Source: the human T2T-CHM13v2.0 reference genome, Homo sapiens. From it: 64,000 nt of DNA. The notes beneath the pieces were generated by a model. That model saw nothing but the letters and a program-made list of their open reading frames with translations, did no database searches and was not told the DNA's origin. The stretch lies in NCBI RefSeq assembly GCF_009914755.1, contig NC_060945.1. One strand, given 5' to 3'. This document shows positions 62,301-64,000 of this stretch, piece by piece (position 1 is the first letter of the stretch; every line of letters begins with the position of its first letter). The position numbers and the translations under genes were made by a program.

Positions 62301-64000
62301 AGTTCACAAACCATATATAATATAATGTACATAAAATATCAAAGTACCCAAGGTATATATTCTATACTATACAAAAAATATCAAAGTACCCAAAGCATGT
62401 ATTATATACTGTACCTAAAATATGAATGTACATCAAATATATATTTTATTCTGTACATAAAATATCAAAGTACACCAGATATATATTCTATAGTGTACAC
62501 AAAATATCAAAGTACCCAAACTATGCATTATATACTGTACATAAAATATGAAATTACATCAAATATATTTTATATTAGGTACATAAAATATGAAAGTACA
62601 TCAAATATAGATTATATACTGTACATTAAATACCAAAGTACCCCAAATATATATTTTATACTGTACATGAAATATCAAAGTTCACAAACTATATATTATA
62701 TACTGTACATATAATATCAAAGTACACAAGGTATATATTCTATACTGTACAAAAAATAACAAAGTACCAAAAGCATGTATAATATACTGTACATAAAATA
62801 TGAAAGTACATCAAATATATATTTTATTCTGTACATAAAATATCAAAGTACACCAGATATATATTCTATAGTGTACATAAAATATCAAAGTACCCAAACT
62901 ATACATTATATACTGTACATAAAATATGAAATTACATCAAATATATTTTATATTAGGTACATAAAATATGAAAGTACATCAAATATAGATTATATACTGT
63001 ACATAATATATCAAAGTAACCCAAATATATATTATATACTCTACATGAAATATCAAAGTTCACAAACAATATATTATATACTGTACATAAAATATCAAAG
63101 TACCCAAGGTATATATTCTATACTGCACAAAAAAATCAAAGTACCCAAAGCATGTAGTATATACTGTATATAAAATATGAAAGTTCATCAAATATATATT
63201 TTATTCTCTACGTAATATATCAAAGTACACCAGATATATATTCTATAGTGTACATAAAATATCAAAGTACCCAAACTATACATTATATACTGTACATAAA
63301 ATATGAAATTACATCAAATATATATTAGGTACATAAAATATGAAAGTACATCAAATATAGATTATATACTGTACATAAAATATCAATGTACCCCAAATAT
63401 ATATTTTATACTTTACATGAAATATCAAAGTTCACAAACCATATATTGTATACTGTACATAAAATATCAAAGTACCCAAAGTATATGTTCTATACTGTAC
63501 AAAAAATATCAAAGTACCCAAAGCATGTATTATATACTGTACATAAAATATGAAAGTACATCAAATATATATTTTATTCTGTACATAAAATATCAAAGTA
63601 CACCAGATATATATTCTATAGTGTACATAAAATATCAAAGTACCCAAACTATACATTATATACAGTAAATAAAATATGAGATTACATCAAATATATATTA
63701 TATTAGGTACATAAAATATGAAAGTACATCAACTATAGATTATATACTGTACATTAAATACCAAAGTACCCCAAATATATATTTTATACTGTACATGAAA
63801 TATCAAAGTTCACAAACTATATATTATATACTGTACATAAAATATCAAAGTACCCAAGGTATATATTCTATACTGTACAAAAAATATCAAAGTACCCAAA
63901 GCATGTATTATATACTGTACCTAAAATATGAAAGTACATCAAATATATATTTTATTCTGTACATAAAATATCAAAGTACACCAGATATATATTCTATAGT
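53340..64000 (+). repeat. Domain A (right): return to canonical 378/373 HOR subfamily
   Basis: The 5-bp deletion reappears at about 53660. Domain B markers are gone, and rare haplotypes are shared with the left domain. Confidence 0.85.
58235..64000 (+). repeat. Near-identical tandem duplication, period 3002 bp (8 HORs; second copy cut by window end)
   Basis: ORF pairs 58425/61427, 59173/62175, 59773/62775 and 60301/63303 are offset by 3002. Shared private variants: CAGAGTAC, ATGCATTA, ATGTAGTAT, CTCTACGTAA, CAGTAAAT. Confidence 0.93.

Larger units (their letters stand above)
1..64000 (+). repeat. HSat1A (SAR / classical satellite I) tandem array; 42-bp monomer, 378-bp 9-mer HOR; extends beyond both window edges
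   Basis: Monomer like TATTATATACTGTACATAAAATATCAAAGTACCCAAACTATA repeats throughout. GTAC sites are spaced 17+25 bp, the known satellite I RsaI pattern. Nine monomer types recur in fixed order (as translated: EITSNIYYIR, ESTSNID, QSTPNI, QSSQTI, QSTQGI, QSTQSM, ESTSNIYF, QSTPDI, QSTQTIH), giving 378-bp spacing, e.g. ORF starts 40777/41155/41533/41911. Family identity is from recognition, not a database search. Confidence 0.96.

Noticed and set aside
594-63668. About 150 ORFs encoding Y/I/K-rich repeat proteins
   Set aside because: They are translations of the 42-bp satellite, broken at arbitrary points by stops and 1-5 bp indels, with no unique domain or gene structure.
1-64000. CRISPR-like alternation of a constant part (CTGTACATAAAATATCAAAGTAC) and a variable part
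   Set aside because: The variable parts are homologous to each other and cycle every nine monomers. There are no unique spacers, leader or cas genes.
1-64000. Transposon insertions, inversions or unique sequence
   Set aside because: None seen. Every line reads as the same satellite in the same orientation, although a very short insertion could be missed by eye.
1-64000. Other satellite identities (alpha satellite, HSat1B, HSat2/3) and CENP-B boxes
   Set aside because: No 171-bp period, no Alu-derived ~2.4-kb unit, no CATTC repeats, and no CENP-B box motif seen.
1-64000. TATA-like boxes and short palindromes (TATAAA, TGTACA, ATATAT) as promoters or hairpins
   Set aside because: These are expected from the base composition and repeat structure. 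The palindromes are too short for stable structures, and no promoter context is visible.
1-64000. A novel protein-coding or prokaryotic defence system
   Set aside because: Nothing in the sequence supports one. Any novelty lies in satellite architecture or a possible RNA-level function.

Overview
The whole 64-kb window is one uninterrupted, single-orientation, very AT-rich tandem satellite. It has a 42-bp monomer (two GTAC/RsaI sites 17 and 25 bp apart) organised as a 9-monomer, 378-bp higher-order repeat (HOR). This matches human/hominid Satellite 1A (HSat1A, SAR, classical satellite I); the chromosome cannot be assigned by eye. I see no genes, transposon insertions, inversions or CRISPR array, and the Y/I/K-rich ORFs are by-products of the 42-bp period. 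The array is layered. Domain A (about 1-34.8 kb and 53.4-64 kb) mixes 378-bp and 373-bp units. Domain B (about 34.8-50.6 kb) is a distinct subfamily with a 23-mer (966-bp) HOR and a gained CpG. Domain C (about 50.6-53.3 kb) is a short diverged transition. There are near-identical kb-scale tandem duplications with periods of 3642, 5754 and 3002 bp. The most intriguing, but purely inferential, observation is that most monomers carry a perfect Pumilio response element (TGTACATA) on the + strand only. All coordinates and variant calls were read by eye and from ORF-track offsets, so boundaries are approximate.
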